A stretch of DNA of 64,000 nucleotides from an uncultured Verrucomicrobiae bacterium (GTDB taxonomy: Bacteria; Verrucomicrobiota; Verrucomicrobiia; Chthoniobacterales; Terrimicrobiaceae), in contig CAVPOC010000010.1 of the NCBI GenBank assembly GCA_963706955.1, forward strand, positions 224,001 through 288,000, written 5' to 3'. Below are positions 42,749 through 52,619 of the stretch, in pieces; position 1 is the first letter of the stretch, and every line of letters starts with the position of its first letter. Made by a program: the position numbers and the translations under genes. The notes under the pieces were generated by a model. That model did no database searches. It was not told the DNA's origin and saw nothing but the letters and a program-made list of their open reading frames with translations.

Positions 42749-43143
42749 GATTTGGTCATGTCTTTAGTTCGCACTATGCCTTTGTCGCCGACTTCGAGCA
42801 GAAAAACAAATCGTTGGCCTCTCTGGATGTTGATGTGGCTGAAACTCGTTGTGACAAGGACAGGGATGACTTGCTTGTCGCCGTCGACACCTACAGCGAT
42901 CAGCCGCCCCTTGGTTGGTGACCATCCCAAGGAGTTGAGAACTTCGCCTTGGATCTTATAAACATTTCCTCTCAGACTATTTGCGTTTTCCAAGTAGGTC
43001 GCGACATCGAGTGGTGCCGCGGTCCGGAAGGACTGCAATGTCGTCGTGATAAGAAATCGTGAGCCAACAAATGCCGCCAGGATCAGGACAATGGCAACCA
43101 CAATTCCCATGGGGAGTCGGGATTTCTTACTACGCCGGGTCAC
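42745..43143 (-). CDS. Membrane-anchored hypothetical protein (possible OB-fold)
   Basis: Basic N-terminus, one TM helix, YLENANSLRGNVY; ATGA overlap with the downstream gene. Confidence 0.75.
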   Translation of the reverse strand: MTRRSKKSRLPMGIVVAIVLILAAFVGSRFLITTTLQSFRTAAPLDVATYLENANSLRGNVYKIQGEVLNSLGWSPTKGRLIAVGVDGDKQVIPVLVTTSFSHINIQRGQRFVFLLEVGDKGIVRTKDMTKS

Positions 43144-43347
43144 GCCTGCAGCTCCTAGGGAAAGTTAAATGGCCCGGGTTCTTCGCGTCATGCGAAGGTT
43201 CAACCAGAGATTCCGTACAAACGATTCGATCGGCTACGCCTACGGTATTGATCACGGCACAGCCGGCATGGAGAAGACTTGTCCGCCCTAGACGTAGAAT
43301 AGAGCCTTCGGGTTCCCTGGTCTGGTTTGCGAGCGAGGAATTCACAA

Positions 43348-43986
43348 TCATGGCGACGAGGGCAATTCAACTGCATTTGCGACCGATTGGATCCCTGAAT
43401 ATCCTGAGTGAGACAAAGTTTGGGGAAGTGGATTTCCCATGGTCGGCTGGGAAAACATGGGCCTGAAGGGTACATTGGAACTTTGACTGCTATCCCCGGG
43501 CTTTTTTGCGCTTTCCTTGGGAGGAAGCGTCTTTTCATAGGTCGCGATGAAAGGTTGAAATGCTGAGATTTCGGCCAACCGGATTTCCCCAGTGGACTTT
43601 TCACCGGATTTTGCCTCGTTCTTAGATTTCGGATCTTCTTTGAGCTCTTTAAGCGCCTCTTTCCGCTCGTACCAAAAACGTCCGTCCTTGGACCGATCTT
43701 TCTTAAACCCGTATTTTCGAAAGTCGGCATCACCGAGCTCGGCGATTGGAAGCCTTATAATTCCCGAATCATTCGAAACGCGGATCGTGTAATCATCAGT
43801 AATCTCAACGAATCCGAACTGTTTTGTTCCGTCTAGTTGCTTTACCGTGCGCTTTTCGGTCTTTGCAGAATTGCTTCCTTTTTTGGCTCCGCTTTGTGAG
43901 TTGATTGTTTGTGACTGGAGGGCGGGACAGAGCGCTATCGCGCAAGCCAGCGCAAGAAGCCAGGTGCGTGTATTCACGCTGTTCAT
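43348..43986 (-). CDS. Secreted hypothetical protein
   Basis: Signal peptide; co-oriented with the two genes downstream. Confidence 0.65.
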   Translation of the reverse strand: MNSVNTRTWLLALACAIALCPALQSQTINSQSGAKKGSNSAKTEKRTVKQLDGTKQFGFVEITDDYTIRVSNDSGIIRLPIAELGDADFRKYGFKKDRSKDGRFWYERKEALKELKEDPKSKNEAKSGEKSTGEIRLAEISAFQPFIATYEKTLPPKESAKKPGDSSQSSNVPFRPMFSQPTMGNPLPQTLSHSGYSGIQSVANAVELPSSP

Positions 43987-44378
43987 TTCTCTATGATGTT
44001 AGGCGAGTTGTTAGCATCCAAAGGAGATCCGCGTATTGAACGTAAGATCGCCGCGCCCTCTAATGACTCCAGCCAACAGCTGTAAATTGGCTCTCGCACC
44101 CTTCTTTTGCGCAAGGAGCGGCGATGAGGTTTTGCACGTTTCGCTCGTGATTGCCCGCCAGATGCCTCGGAAATGCCAGCCCATCTTCCAGTCGCGTAGC
44201 AAGCACCGAAAATGCAGTCTGATCTGAAGCCTCCTTGTCATATTACATCTACCATTACGTCTAGCGTCCGGGAACGGAGCGCACGTCGTGGAGATTGTTG
44301 CGGTTTTTGCAGTTCGTCCCCGGCAACAGGAGCCAGGCTAGATGCGCCGACCTAGCTGCCACCTGCGCAGAGGGGCGA

Positions 44379-44703
44379 ACAAGAGGGGGTCAGCCATTTA
44401 ATATTGACTATCGTTTGCCGTCGGCATCGGACACCTGCGGTTTTATTACGAGCAGACATTCGACTGTTTGGTCGGGTCGTGCCGCCTCGCCGGGTCGATG
44501 TCGGCTTCGACAACGGGTGCTTCTAAGGCTGAAGCCGGACGGACACGCTTGGCATTCGTCACTAAATTATCAAAGCTCTGGATTGCCAAAGTCGCGCTGA
44601 AAGAAGAAGAGCGCAACGCGAAACCACGGCGTGGACCTAAACCTGCTTCTCGTTACAATCACGCGCGCAAGAATCCCAACACTAAATGACTGACCCCTCT
44701 TGT
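44379..44703. repeat. ~325-bp element with GGGGTCAG-containing inverted ends (second family)
   Basis: acaagagggggtcagccatttaatattg ... caacactaaatgactgacccctcttgt. Confidence 0.75.
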
Positions 44704-45275
44704 AGGCTTTCCAGGGCACTTATCTGCGGGAGCAGCTCATTGCTTTTTACGATAAAGGAACCATCGTTGCCAATACTCTGGGAGCACGGGCTCGTTCGGA
44801 TATCGCAGCCGCGCGATTGATCATCCCCAATAGACCTTAAAGGCCCGACGACCAGATGCACTAACGAGCTCCGGAAAGTGCGCAATATTCTGATTAGATT
44901 GATGATGCGCCAAATGCAGGGCCACGAAGCACTTGTATTTTGCAGACAATCTGGTCCTAAAACGGTGGCGGGATCCTTCCGAATCACTAGTCAATGCGCT
45001 CACGAGCGCCGAAATGGTCTGCTCCACGACTGGTCTACTAAGAAGTGCGTTCACAGTGTGATAATGGTTTACTAAGCGATTACGATTCATGCAGCGCACC
45101 GGTGCTTTTTTTCGGCAACTGTTTCTTTGGTTGAGATTTCGAGCACGAGCTGACTCTTCACTGCGCAGGACAAAAGAGGTCGGCCACAGAACGCCCACGC
45201 CGGAGCGGACATCAATAATTAGTGGTTTACCCTTTTGCTTCTCCCTCTCTTGGCTGCAATCGCGTAGTACAGGAC

Positions 45276-45481
45276 GGGGTCGGTCCTATAATTTACGCAT
45301 GCGGCCTGGCTTAGGCTTGCATGCTCTCCTCAACTTTCTCAGGAAAGCGAGTAGGAATCGATTGTCTTCGTCGCCATCGCTCCTGCAAACCTGCCAACGC
45401 CAAATTCGGCTTCGCAGCGATCTCCCGGGTAGCCATCTACTGCGATAGGAACATAAGGATGTATATTATAGGACTGACTCC
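45276..45481 (+). repeat. ~200-bp element copy C
   Basis: ggggtcggtcctataattta...attataggactgactcc. Confidence 0.92.
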
Positions 45482-45561
45482 TTCCCCCCGCACAAGGCAG
45501 CTTTGGCGGCAGTCGTACCTACATCAATTCCAAGCAGTAATTGATCTTCGAGCGATCAGAT

Positions 45562-45665
45562 GAGGTCGGTCCCGTAATGTAGACACACCGGTCTGCGTGC
45601 TCTCCTTGACTTCCTCAGGAAAGCGAGCGGGAGATCGATTGTCTTCGTTGCCGATCGCTCCTGCA
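45562..45665 (+). repeat. Partial element copy D (left half)
   Basis: gaggtcggtcccgtaatgta...ttcctcaggaaagcgag...atcgattgtcttcgttgccgatcgctcctgca; another ggggtca follows at 45676. Confidence 0.8.
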
Positions 45666-46064
45666 GGTCCGCGAGGGGTCAAGGAGTCGGTCAACAATTC
45701 TTGACGAAATACCATTTCGCTGCGTGCGTGGATTGCGGTCTCAACGGCCAGTTGCGGACTCCCTCGCTGTGTCCGAATCGCGGCAGGGCACGGACTCTGG
45801 AGGCTCACGGCTACAATTGGAGGTCACATATAAGGGGTCCACATCAGCGTCATGACACAGATCTTCGTGGAGGTGGCAATCGACTCTACCAGCTATATCA
45901 ACGTGCCATCCCTCTGCGATGGACAGAAAATCGCCGCAGCAGCAATCTGCGACTTTCCGCTGGAGAGCCTGAAAAGCCTTTTCAGTTTTCAAGGGGAAAC
46001 TTATTGTTACGACTTCGGCTCGTGTCCGTTTCCGCGCAGAGCGCGACTGGTAACAGGATTAAAG

Positions 46065-47354
46065 ATGCCCAAAAAAAACCATCTTGGACTCATTCGGCAA
46101 GGAGTAGATGCCTGGAATACGTGGCGTGAACGTGCTGCTGCGCAGCCCGATTTGAGCAGGGCAGACCTCACCAAAGCGGACCTCAGGGAAGCAGACCTCA
46201 GAAAAGCGAACCTCTACAAAGCAAACCTCAGCGAAGCGGACCTCAGCAAAGCGAACCTTGGCGGGGCGAACCTTGGCGAGGCGAATCTCGTGAGTGCGTA
46301 TCTCGGCGGGACGATTTTCACCAGTGCCGACCTCGGCCTTGCAGATTTCAGCGGGGCGTTTCTCAGCGGGGCGTTTCTCGGCGGGGCCGATGTCAGAGGG
46401 GCAACGCTCGTCAAGGCGGATCTTCAGCACGCGGTTCTCGACGGCGCCAACTTCGGGGGGGCGAACCTCAGCCAGGCCGACCTCAGCGTGGCGAAGTGCA
46501 GCCGGGCGAATTTCAGCGGGGCGAATCTCAGCGGGGCATTTCTCGGCCAGGCTTATTTCGGGCAGGCGAACCTCAGTGGGGCGGACTTTAGCGGGGCATA
46601 TCTCGGCGGGGCGGACCTTAGCTGGGCGAATCTCAGCGGGGCAAACTTCAGCGGGGCGAATCTCAGCGGGGCGATACTGGAAGGCGCCACCTTGATAGAA
46701 ACTAATCTGGAAAACGCGGATTTAAATGGCTGCCGAATTTATGGAATTTCCGCATGGAACATAAAAGCAAATCAAGAAACAAAGCAAACCTCTTTGATAA
46801 TTGCCCCGCGAGGCGAAGCCAGCATCACGGTTGACGATATCCAGGTCGCGCAATTCATCCATTTGATCCTAAAGTATGAAAACCTTAGAACGGTGCTTAA
46901 CACCGTAACAAAACGTGGCGTTTTGATCTTAGGCAGGTTTGGAGGTGGAGGTCTTCAGGTTCTGCGTGAGGTAGCAGAGGCTCTACGGCAGTGCGGCTAC
47001 TTGCCCATGATTTTTGATTTCGAAAGGCCGGAAGGTCGAAACTATACGGAGACTATTCGAACACTTGCCGGACTCGCCCGTTTTGTTGTGGTGGATCTCA
47101 GTGGACCTTCCGTGCCGCAAGAGCTTTACGCAACCGTGCCGCACTTGAAGATTCCTTTTGTGCCTATTCTCGAAAAAGGAAGGCGACCATACGCGATGTT
47201 CGTCGATCTCCTGGAGTATGAGTGGGTCCTAAAGCCAATAGTGGAATTCGATTCAACCTCGGCGCTCATTCAAGAGCTGCAGGACCAAATCGTGAGTCCA
47301 GCTGAGAAGCGAATTGAGATGAGACAGGCCAAACTCAAGGAACTGTTTGGTTAG
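46065..47354 (+). CDS. Pentapeptide-repeat protein with a C-terminal Rossmann-like (TIR/deoxyribosyltransferase-like) domain
   Basis: GVDAWNTWR cap, long A(N/D)LxX run, then VLILGRF, GYLPMIFDF, RFVVVDLS, SVPQEL, PFVPI. Confidence 0.85.
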   Translation: MPKKNHLGLIRQGVDAWNTWRERAAAQPDLSRADLTKADLREADLRKANLYKANLSEADLSKANLGGANLGEANLVSAYLGGTIFTSADLGLADFSGAFLSGAFLGGADVRGATLVKADLQHAVLDGANFGGANLSQADLSVAKCSRANFSGANLSGAFLGQAYFGQANLSGADFSGAYLGGADLSWANLSGANFSGANLSGAILEGATLIETNLENADLNGCRIYGISAWNIKANQETKQTSLIIAPRGEASITVDDIQVAQFIHLILKYENLRTVLNTVTKRGVLILGRFGGGGLQVLREVAEALRQCGYLPMIFDFERPEGRNYTETIRTLAGLARFVVVDLSGPSVPQELYATVPHLKIPFVPILEKGRRPYAMFVDLLEYEWVLKPIVEFDSTSALIQELQDQIVSPAEKRIEMRQAKLKELFG

Positions 47355-47512
47355 AGCGCTTCATCCTGTCTTGTTTATATAGCCCAGCCGCGATGGCCTC
47401 GATTCTGACGGGTAAAGAAGGGGTCAGGACTTGAATCTTGCACAGACCACAGGGGACAAATTCATCCGTTTCTTTTTCTCGTTGCTTATCTCACATGTGG
47501 GAGCAAGCAATA

Positions 47513-47661
47513 GGGGTCAGTGGGCAAAAATTGCATGTCAAGGGCCACGAGCGGGCGCTTAGAAGGTGGAGATGGTGGCGAGGAGCTTGCGGATTGAGTA
47601 TGCGGGCGCCTACTACCATGTGATGGCACGAGGAAACCGCTGTGAAAGGCGCACTGACCCC
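47513..47661 (+). mobile_element. Miniature remnant of a REP-associated tyrosine transposase (Y1/RAYT) between inverted GGGGTCAGTG / CACTGACCCC
   Basis: ATG 47572 encodes MVARSLRIEYAGAYYHVMARGNR, the typical Y1 N-terminus, then breaks at CACTGACCCC; extra ggggtcagg at 47420. Confidence 0.8.
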
Positions 47662-47750
47662 CAACTACCAGCTCGTTAAACCGAATGCATGGCTGAATTC
47701 ACGTATCCGATTGACCGACCTGGTCCGCGTGCCTTCACTATGGCTCGCTG

Positions 47751-49619
47751 GTGAGCTTACCGTATTTCAAATCGATCATCCCTCCTGCCGGTTTTACCCC
47801 TCTGACGCGCGCTGGTCTGGCGGGCTCAATCCCTGACCGGTTCAACGAGATTGCGGCGCACGATCCGCAGAAAATGGCCGTTTGCGACCATGTAAAATCA
47901 CTCACCTATCTGGAGCTGCATCGCCTGGTAAACAAGGCGGCGGCGATCATCCGGCGGACCGCGGAGCCCTCCGCCTTGGCGAAAGGTGTCGGCCTGATGT
48001 TTGAGCCCACCGTGGAAAGCGTTGTCGGCATTCTCGGTGTGCTGGCGAGCGGCAACTTCATTTGTCCGATCTCGCCGCGCGATCCTCCCGCAAGAGTCAA
48101 AATCCTCCTCGAGGATGCCGGGATCAACGTCATCCTGACGACCCGGGAAGCATTTCCGAATCGGCTGCAATCCGAGCTACACTCCGAGCACGTTGTCTTC
48201 GTCGACGAACTCGCGGAAAACGATGTTGAAACCGTCATTCCGGCGATCCTGAATCCCCATCAACTCGCCGCCATCCTGTATACCTCGGGCTCAACCGACA
48301 TACCCAAGGGAGTGACTCATACCCACAAAACGTTAATGCAGATGGTCAGGATCAAAGGGAATACGCTGGGTATTTCCCCTTCCGATATGATTGCCGGATT
48401 ATCCACCTTCACCTTCGGCAGCTATTATTGGAACGTTTTCGCAACCGTGGTGACTGGTGCCACGCTTCACCTTTACGACTTTTACCGTTTCCCGTTTGAA
48501 AACCTGAAAAGCTGGCTGATCGACCGGCGCATCACTCACTTTCACTGCACTCCGACCACCTTGCGTCAGTTCCTGGCTGCGCTAGACGAACCTACGGTTC
48601 TTGCGGACCTGCGGCTCGTGTCGCTCGGCGGGGAAACCGTCTATCCAAACGACGTCTATCAGTTTCAAAGAAAGCTTTCACAAGCAACGGCGCTCTGCAC
48701 CACAGGCGCGACGATCGAGACCTGGTTTTATGGCTGCACGTTTTTTCAGACACCATTCCCGGACGGAGTTGATGAAATCCCGATGGGGTTCATCCATCCG
48801 GAATGCCGTGTCGAGGTGCGGGATGACCAGGGGGGCAAACTTCCGCCCGGTCAAACGGGGGAAATTACCGTCAGGAGCGAATGCCTTTCTCCGGGCTATT
48901 GGAAGCGCGCAGAGCTCAATGCCGCGAAGTATGTCGTCGGTGAGGACCAGAAGCGTTACTTCCATTCGGGCGATTTGGGAACCTTTAGCCCGGATGGACT
49001 GCTCTATCAGAAAGGCCGATCCGACTTTCAAGTCAAGATCCGGGGGATGCGGATCGACCTCGCCGGTGTCGAAGCAGTTTTACACGATCACCCCGGAGTC
49101 AAACAAGCCGTGGTCGTGGGGCGAGCCCGGAAGGACAACCAGATGGAATTGGTCGCCTATATCGTCGCAACTGGCCATCGCACCACTGGCCGAAGCGAAA
49201 TCTACCAATTCCTGGCTACGAAGTTACCGCCCGACCAAATTCCCGCGCGCCTCGTTTTTCTCGAGTCCTTTCCCCTCACCCACACGCACAAGGTGGACCG
49301 AAATGCGCTTCCTGATCCGGACGAAATCGAAATAACAAGAGATCTGCAATGGATCGCACCACGGAACGATGTCGAGGCCCTTCTGCACGGAATTTGGGCC
49401 GAGATTCTGGGCCACGAGAACTTCGGCGTCACTGAGCCGTTCTTGCAACTCGGAGGCGACTCCCTTGGGGCCATGCGCGTTCGCAATCATATTGAAGCGG
49501 AATTCGGGGTGTGGATCCCGTTGAGTGACCTCTTAACGGCGGCGACTATCGAATCGCTCGCCGACGTGGTCCAGTCTCTAAGCACTGAGGAAGTGACAAC
49601 CCGCGCCCGGACCACTTAA
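47751..49619 (+). CDS. Stand-alone NRPS-like adenylation-thiolation didomain
   Basis: LTYLEL (A1), YTSGSTDIPKG (A3), FHSGDL (A7), GRSDFQVKIRGMRI (A8), HKVDR (A10), carrier FLQLGGDSL. Confidence 0.92.
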   Translation: MSLPYFKSIIPPAGFTPLTRAGLAGSIPDRFNEIAAHDPQKMAVCDHVKSLTYLELHRLVNKAAAIIRRTAEPSALAKGVGLMFEPTVESVVGILGVLASGNFICPISPRDPPARVKILLEDAGINVILTTREAFPNRLQSELHSEHVVFVDELAENDVETVIPAILNPHQLAAILYTSGSTDIPKGVTHTHKTLMQMVRIKGNTLGISPSDMIAGLSTFTFGSYYWNVFATVVTGATLHLYDFYRFPFENLKSWLIDRRITHFHCTPTTLRQFLAALDEPTVLADLRLVSLGGETVYPNDVYQFQRKLSQATALCTTGATIETWFYGCTFFQTPFPDGVDEIPMGFIHPECRVEVRDDQGGKLPPGQTGEITVRSECLSPGYWKRAELNAAKYVVGEDQKRYFHSGDLGTFSPDGLLYQKGRSDFQVKIRGMRIDLAGVEAVLHDHPGVKQAVVVGRARKDNQMELVAYIVATGHRTTGRSEIYQFLATKLPPDQIPARLVFLESFPLTHTHKVDRNALPDPDEIEITRDLQWIAPRNDVEALLHGIWAEILGHENFGVTEPFLQLGGDSLGAMRVRNHIEAEFGVWIPLSDLLTAATIESLADVVQSLSTEEVTTRARTT

Positions 49620-49658
49620 AGCAGGACACTCGTCCGTAAAGGCCAGCAATCAGCGAGC

Positions 49659-50768
49659 ATGAAAGTTCAATATTTTAACAACCTCAGAGAACTGAAGCAG
49701 ATTGACCCAGCAACCATAACGGGGGTCGATCCGGTGAGCGCCAAATTCAGCTTCAGGACCAACAGCTACTACAACTCCCTCATTGACTGGGACGATCCGG
49801 ATGACCCGCTCAAAAAACTGATCATGCCGGATCTCCAGGAGTTGAATGATCATCTGGCGTCCGACTCCCTAAACGAAATCAAATACCACGACATTCCAGG
49901 GATCCAATACAAGTACGGCGATCAAATCAACCTGTTGGTCACGAGCACCTGCGCCGCTATCTGCCGCTATTGTTTTAGGAAAAATCTGCTCCATCAAGGG
50001 AATACCATCACCGCAACGAACATGTCGAAGGTCCGGGAATGGCTGGAAGCGCATCCTAACGTGAAGAGCGTCGTCGTGACCGGAGGCGAACCGCTCATTC
50101 TTTCGACTTCGAAGCTGAACTCGATCCTGACGACCCTCCAGGAAGTCGAATCGGTCGAACACATCCGGATCTCGGCAAAGATCTGCTCGTTTAATCCCTA
50201 TCGAATTCTGGATGATCCCGGCTTGCTAAAGATGTTTCGGGAACGATGCCAGGCGCGCCCTGGGAATACCATTTGGATCGGAAACCACTTCTCTCACCCG
50301 AACGAATTCACCGACTCATCGCGTGAAGCGGTAAGACTGCTGAAGGCGACCGGAGTCGGCATGTTGAATAACGTCCCAATCGTCAGGGGTATCAACGCGG
50401 ACCCGGACATCCTCGCCTCGGTCTTCAGCGGAGTTTACAAAATGGGCATTTCAAACTACTACGCCTGCGTCCTCACTGAAACCGAAGGCAATAAGGCGCT
50501 CACCTTGCCCCTGGAGGAGATCTCGCGGATCTACCTCGCCGCGCGCAAAAAGGTTCCCGGCTCCGCCAAAACTGCCAGGCTAACCATCAAAAGGGAACGA
50601 GGAAACGTATCGGTATTGGGCGTTAGCGAAGGAAGAATCTACTTCGAGCTGATTCACTCTGAATACAAGGATCAGGAGGGAAAGATATTCTCGTTTAAAA
50701 GTAATCCGGACGCTTACTTCCTCGAAGATTATGACGAAGTCAAAGGGGGCGCCTGTGACTGGATCTAA
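49659..50768 (+). CDS. KamA (lysine 2,3-aminomutase)-family radical SAM protein, divergent
   Basis: YYNSLIDW..P.DPL, QYKY, CAAICRYCFRK, TGGEPL, HFSHPNE, RGIN. Confidence 0.88.
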   Translation: MKVQYFNNLRELKQIDPATITGVDPVSAKFSFRTNSYYNSLIDWDDPDDPLKKLIMPDLQELNDHLASDSLNEIKYHDIPGIQYKYGDQINLLVTSTCAAICRYCFRKNLLHQGNTITATNMSKVREWLEAHPNVKSVVVTGGEPLILSTSKLNSILTTLQEVESVEHIRISAKICSFNPYRILDDPGLLKMFRERCQARPGNTIWIGNHFSHPNEFTDSSREAVRLLKATGVGMLNNVPIVRGINADPDILASVFSGVYKMGISNYYACVLTETEGNKALTLPLEEISRIYLAARKKVPGSAKTARLTIKRERGNVSVLGVSEGRIYFELIHSEYKDQEGKIFSFKSNPDAYFLEDYDEVKGGACDWI

Positions 50769-50877
50769 AACGGCAAGGGATTGCCACGCCGTAACGATAA
50801 TCGCCGAAGGTGTGCCACCCAGCATTCGGATCGAGTTCGGGCCCGTTCTCACATCACGTGCCGCACGCGGCCGAGAC

Positions 50878-51064
50878 AGGATCGATCCTATAATTTGCAC
50901 ATGCGGCCTGGCTTAGCTTGCATGCTCTGCTTAACCTCCTCAGAAAATCGATTGTCTTCGTCGCCATCGCTCCTGCAAACGCCAAAAGTCGGCTTGGCAG
51001 CGATCTCTCGGGTAGCCATCTACTGCCATCGGAGTATAAGGATGTATATTATAGGACTGACCCC
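50878..51064 (+). repeat. ~200-bp element copy E
   Basis: aggatcgatcctataatttg...attataggactgacccc. Confidence 0.9.
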
Positions 51065-51105
51065 TTTTGCTCTGGCTGACCCCTTTTGCTCTGGCCCTTT
51101 GCTGG
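51057..51105 (+). repeat. Tandem 19-bp duplication of the element's right end
   Basis: ctgaccccttttgctctgg twice, plus a partial third unit. Confidence 0.85.
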
Positions 51106-51171
51106 CCATTTAGATGGAGAGATATTACAAAGCGTGCACGCCTTAGCACCTCTCTTATCGTGGGTCTTTCT

Positions 51172-51978
51172 TCAAATATTGTTTTCCCAGGCTTCCTTTT
51201 GGTCTGTCTTTATAAACTCCTCGAATGCCTTGGGCACAACATTGCGGAAGAAGCCGGTATCGGCGGGGACGATCGACACCATCGCCTCAATCACTTCCTT
51301 TGGATCATGTCGTTCGTCCTCCTCCCCAAAAAAGGCAAAATAGTTCTCGATGTCTGCTCGCTTGATGAAGTTCCTGCTGTCATCCTGCCAGTGAAGGGCG
51401 GACTCGCACATCGTCTCATTGAACCCCGTCAGGAAGGCCTTCGGATTGATGGTCTGTACCTGGATCTGGAATGGCTTCAGTTCTCGCTGAAGCGACTCGG
51501 CGATGCATTGCAGAGCGTGCTTGCTCGCGGCATAGGGGGCTAGACCCGGAGCCGGCGTGAGCAGCCCCGCGACCGAACTAGTAAAGACCACTTTACCGGG
51601 CCGTTTCTGGTCGATCCACTTCCGGATGAACTTTTGGGCCAGTTCCAGAGGCGCGAAAACGTTGCTCTCAAACGTCCGGCGGACGAGATCGACCGGAATT
51701 TCACAGACTGGACCGTTTTCGCCGATTCCGGCGTTGCTGAAAAGAATGTCAATGTCCCATTTCAGCGCGTTGGCCACGTCGTAGGGATGAAGGAGCTCTA
51801 ACTTCTCGACGCGGAGATTGTTCAGCCCGAGCGATTTTACTTTCTGTCGCAGGCTGGTCACTTGCGGCCAGATTTGAACGCCAGCAATAACATCATGTCC
51901 GTTCTGGGCGAGACCGATCGCAGTGCCCTCGCCAAAGCCCGAGCCTGCTCCAGTAATCAAAATTCGTTTCTTGCTCAT
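51172..51978 (-). CDS. Short-chain dehydrogenase/reductase
   Basis: ITGAGSGFG, SNAG, SS, YAASK. Confidence 0.93.
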   Translation of the reverse strand: MSKKRILITGAGSGFGEGTAIGLAQNGHDVIAGVQIWPQVTSLRQKVKSLGLNNLRVEKLELLHPYDVANALKWDIDILFSNAGIGENGPVCEIPVDLVRRTFESNVFAPLELAQKFIRKWIDQKRPGKVVFTSSVAGLLTPAPGLAPYAASKHALQCIAESLQRELKPFQIQVQTINPKAFLTGFNETMCESALHWQDDSRNFIKRADIENYFAFFGEEDERHDPKEVIEAMVSIVPADTGFFRNVVPKAFEEFIKTDQKEAWENNI

Positions 51979-52253
51979 ATGACTTGCTTTTTTGTTTATG
52001 TCATAGGCTTCAACTCACGAAACGAATAAATCGTACTCCAAAAACGGGAACGGGCGAAGAGGTCTGAATTTTACCGCTTCCCACACGCGCCGCTTCTGAC
52101 ACCAGACGTAATCGCCTGTGAGATTGATATTCCAGAATCTGGCGCGCTCATCGCGCAAGCCGGGGCCACTTTTGTCACTCTGCGCCCATGGAAATACAAG
52201 CTTTCGGCTTCAGACTCCAGGCCACGCGCTGGAGAGTCAAAAGCGATTTCCTA

Positions 52254-52619
52254 TCAGTCAGGTCCAGTGCTCTTACCGCCTCCGACTTCATGGTGGCCTA
52301 CCTGTCTTAACTCCCAGTTGATCGAGAAACTGATCACGGTTCGGATCGCGACGATCGCGCCGAGGATCGCGAGGTCAGCGAGTGTTGGTGTCAGCACCGT
52401 GTGGATGATATCGGCCGCGATCAGGAACTCGAGGCCGAGCAGGAGATAATACCCGAGGTGATGCCGCAGGTCCTCACGTTCGACAAGAATATTTCGTCCG
52501 CTGAGGCTCGCCCATTCAAGACGCAGGAGGCGCAACACGCCGAGAAGAACGCCCCACAGAATTACAGTTAGGCCGATCACACCGATCACCAGACTGATGT
52601 GCTCGACAAGCATATGCAT
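52254..52619 (-). CDS. DUF1622-type membrane protein
   Basis: R..LG.YLLLGLEFLIAADII.T...PT..DL.ILG.IV.IRT. Confidence 0.88.
   Translation of the reverse strand: MHMLVEHISLVIGVIGLTVILWGVLLGVLRLLRLEWASLSGRNILVEREDLRHHLGYYLLLGLEFLIAADIIHTVLTPTLADLAILGAIVAIRTVISFSINWELRQVGHHEVGGGKSTGPD

Noticed and set aside
44704..45270. Short ORFs between the 325-bp element and repeat C
   Set aside because: No consistent frame or motif; possibly decayed cargo but not identifiable.
45852..46064. N-terminal extension of the pentapeptide protein in the ORF track
   Set aside because: The family-typical N-terminus begins at ATG 46065; the upstream part looks unrelated.
46150..46690. 15-bp periodic DNA repeat
   Set aside because: Fully explained by pentapeptide-repeat coding sequence.
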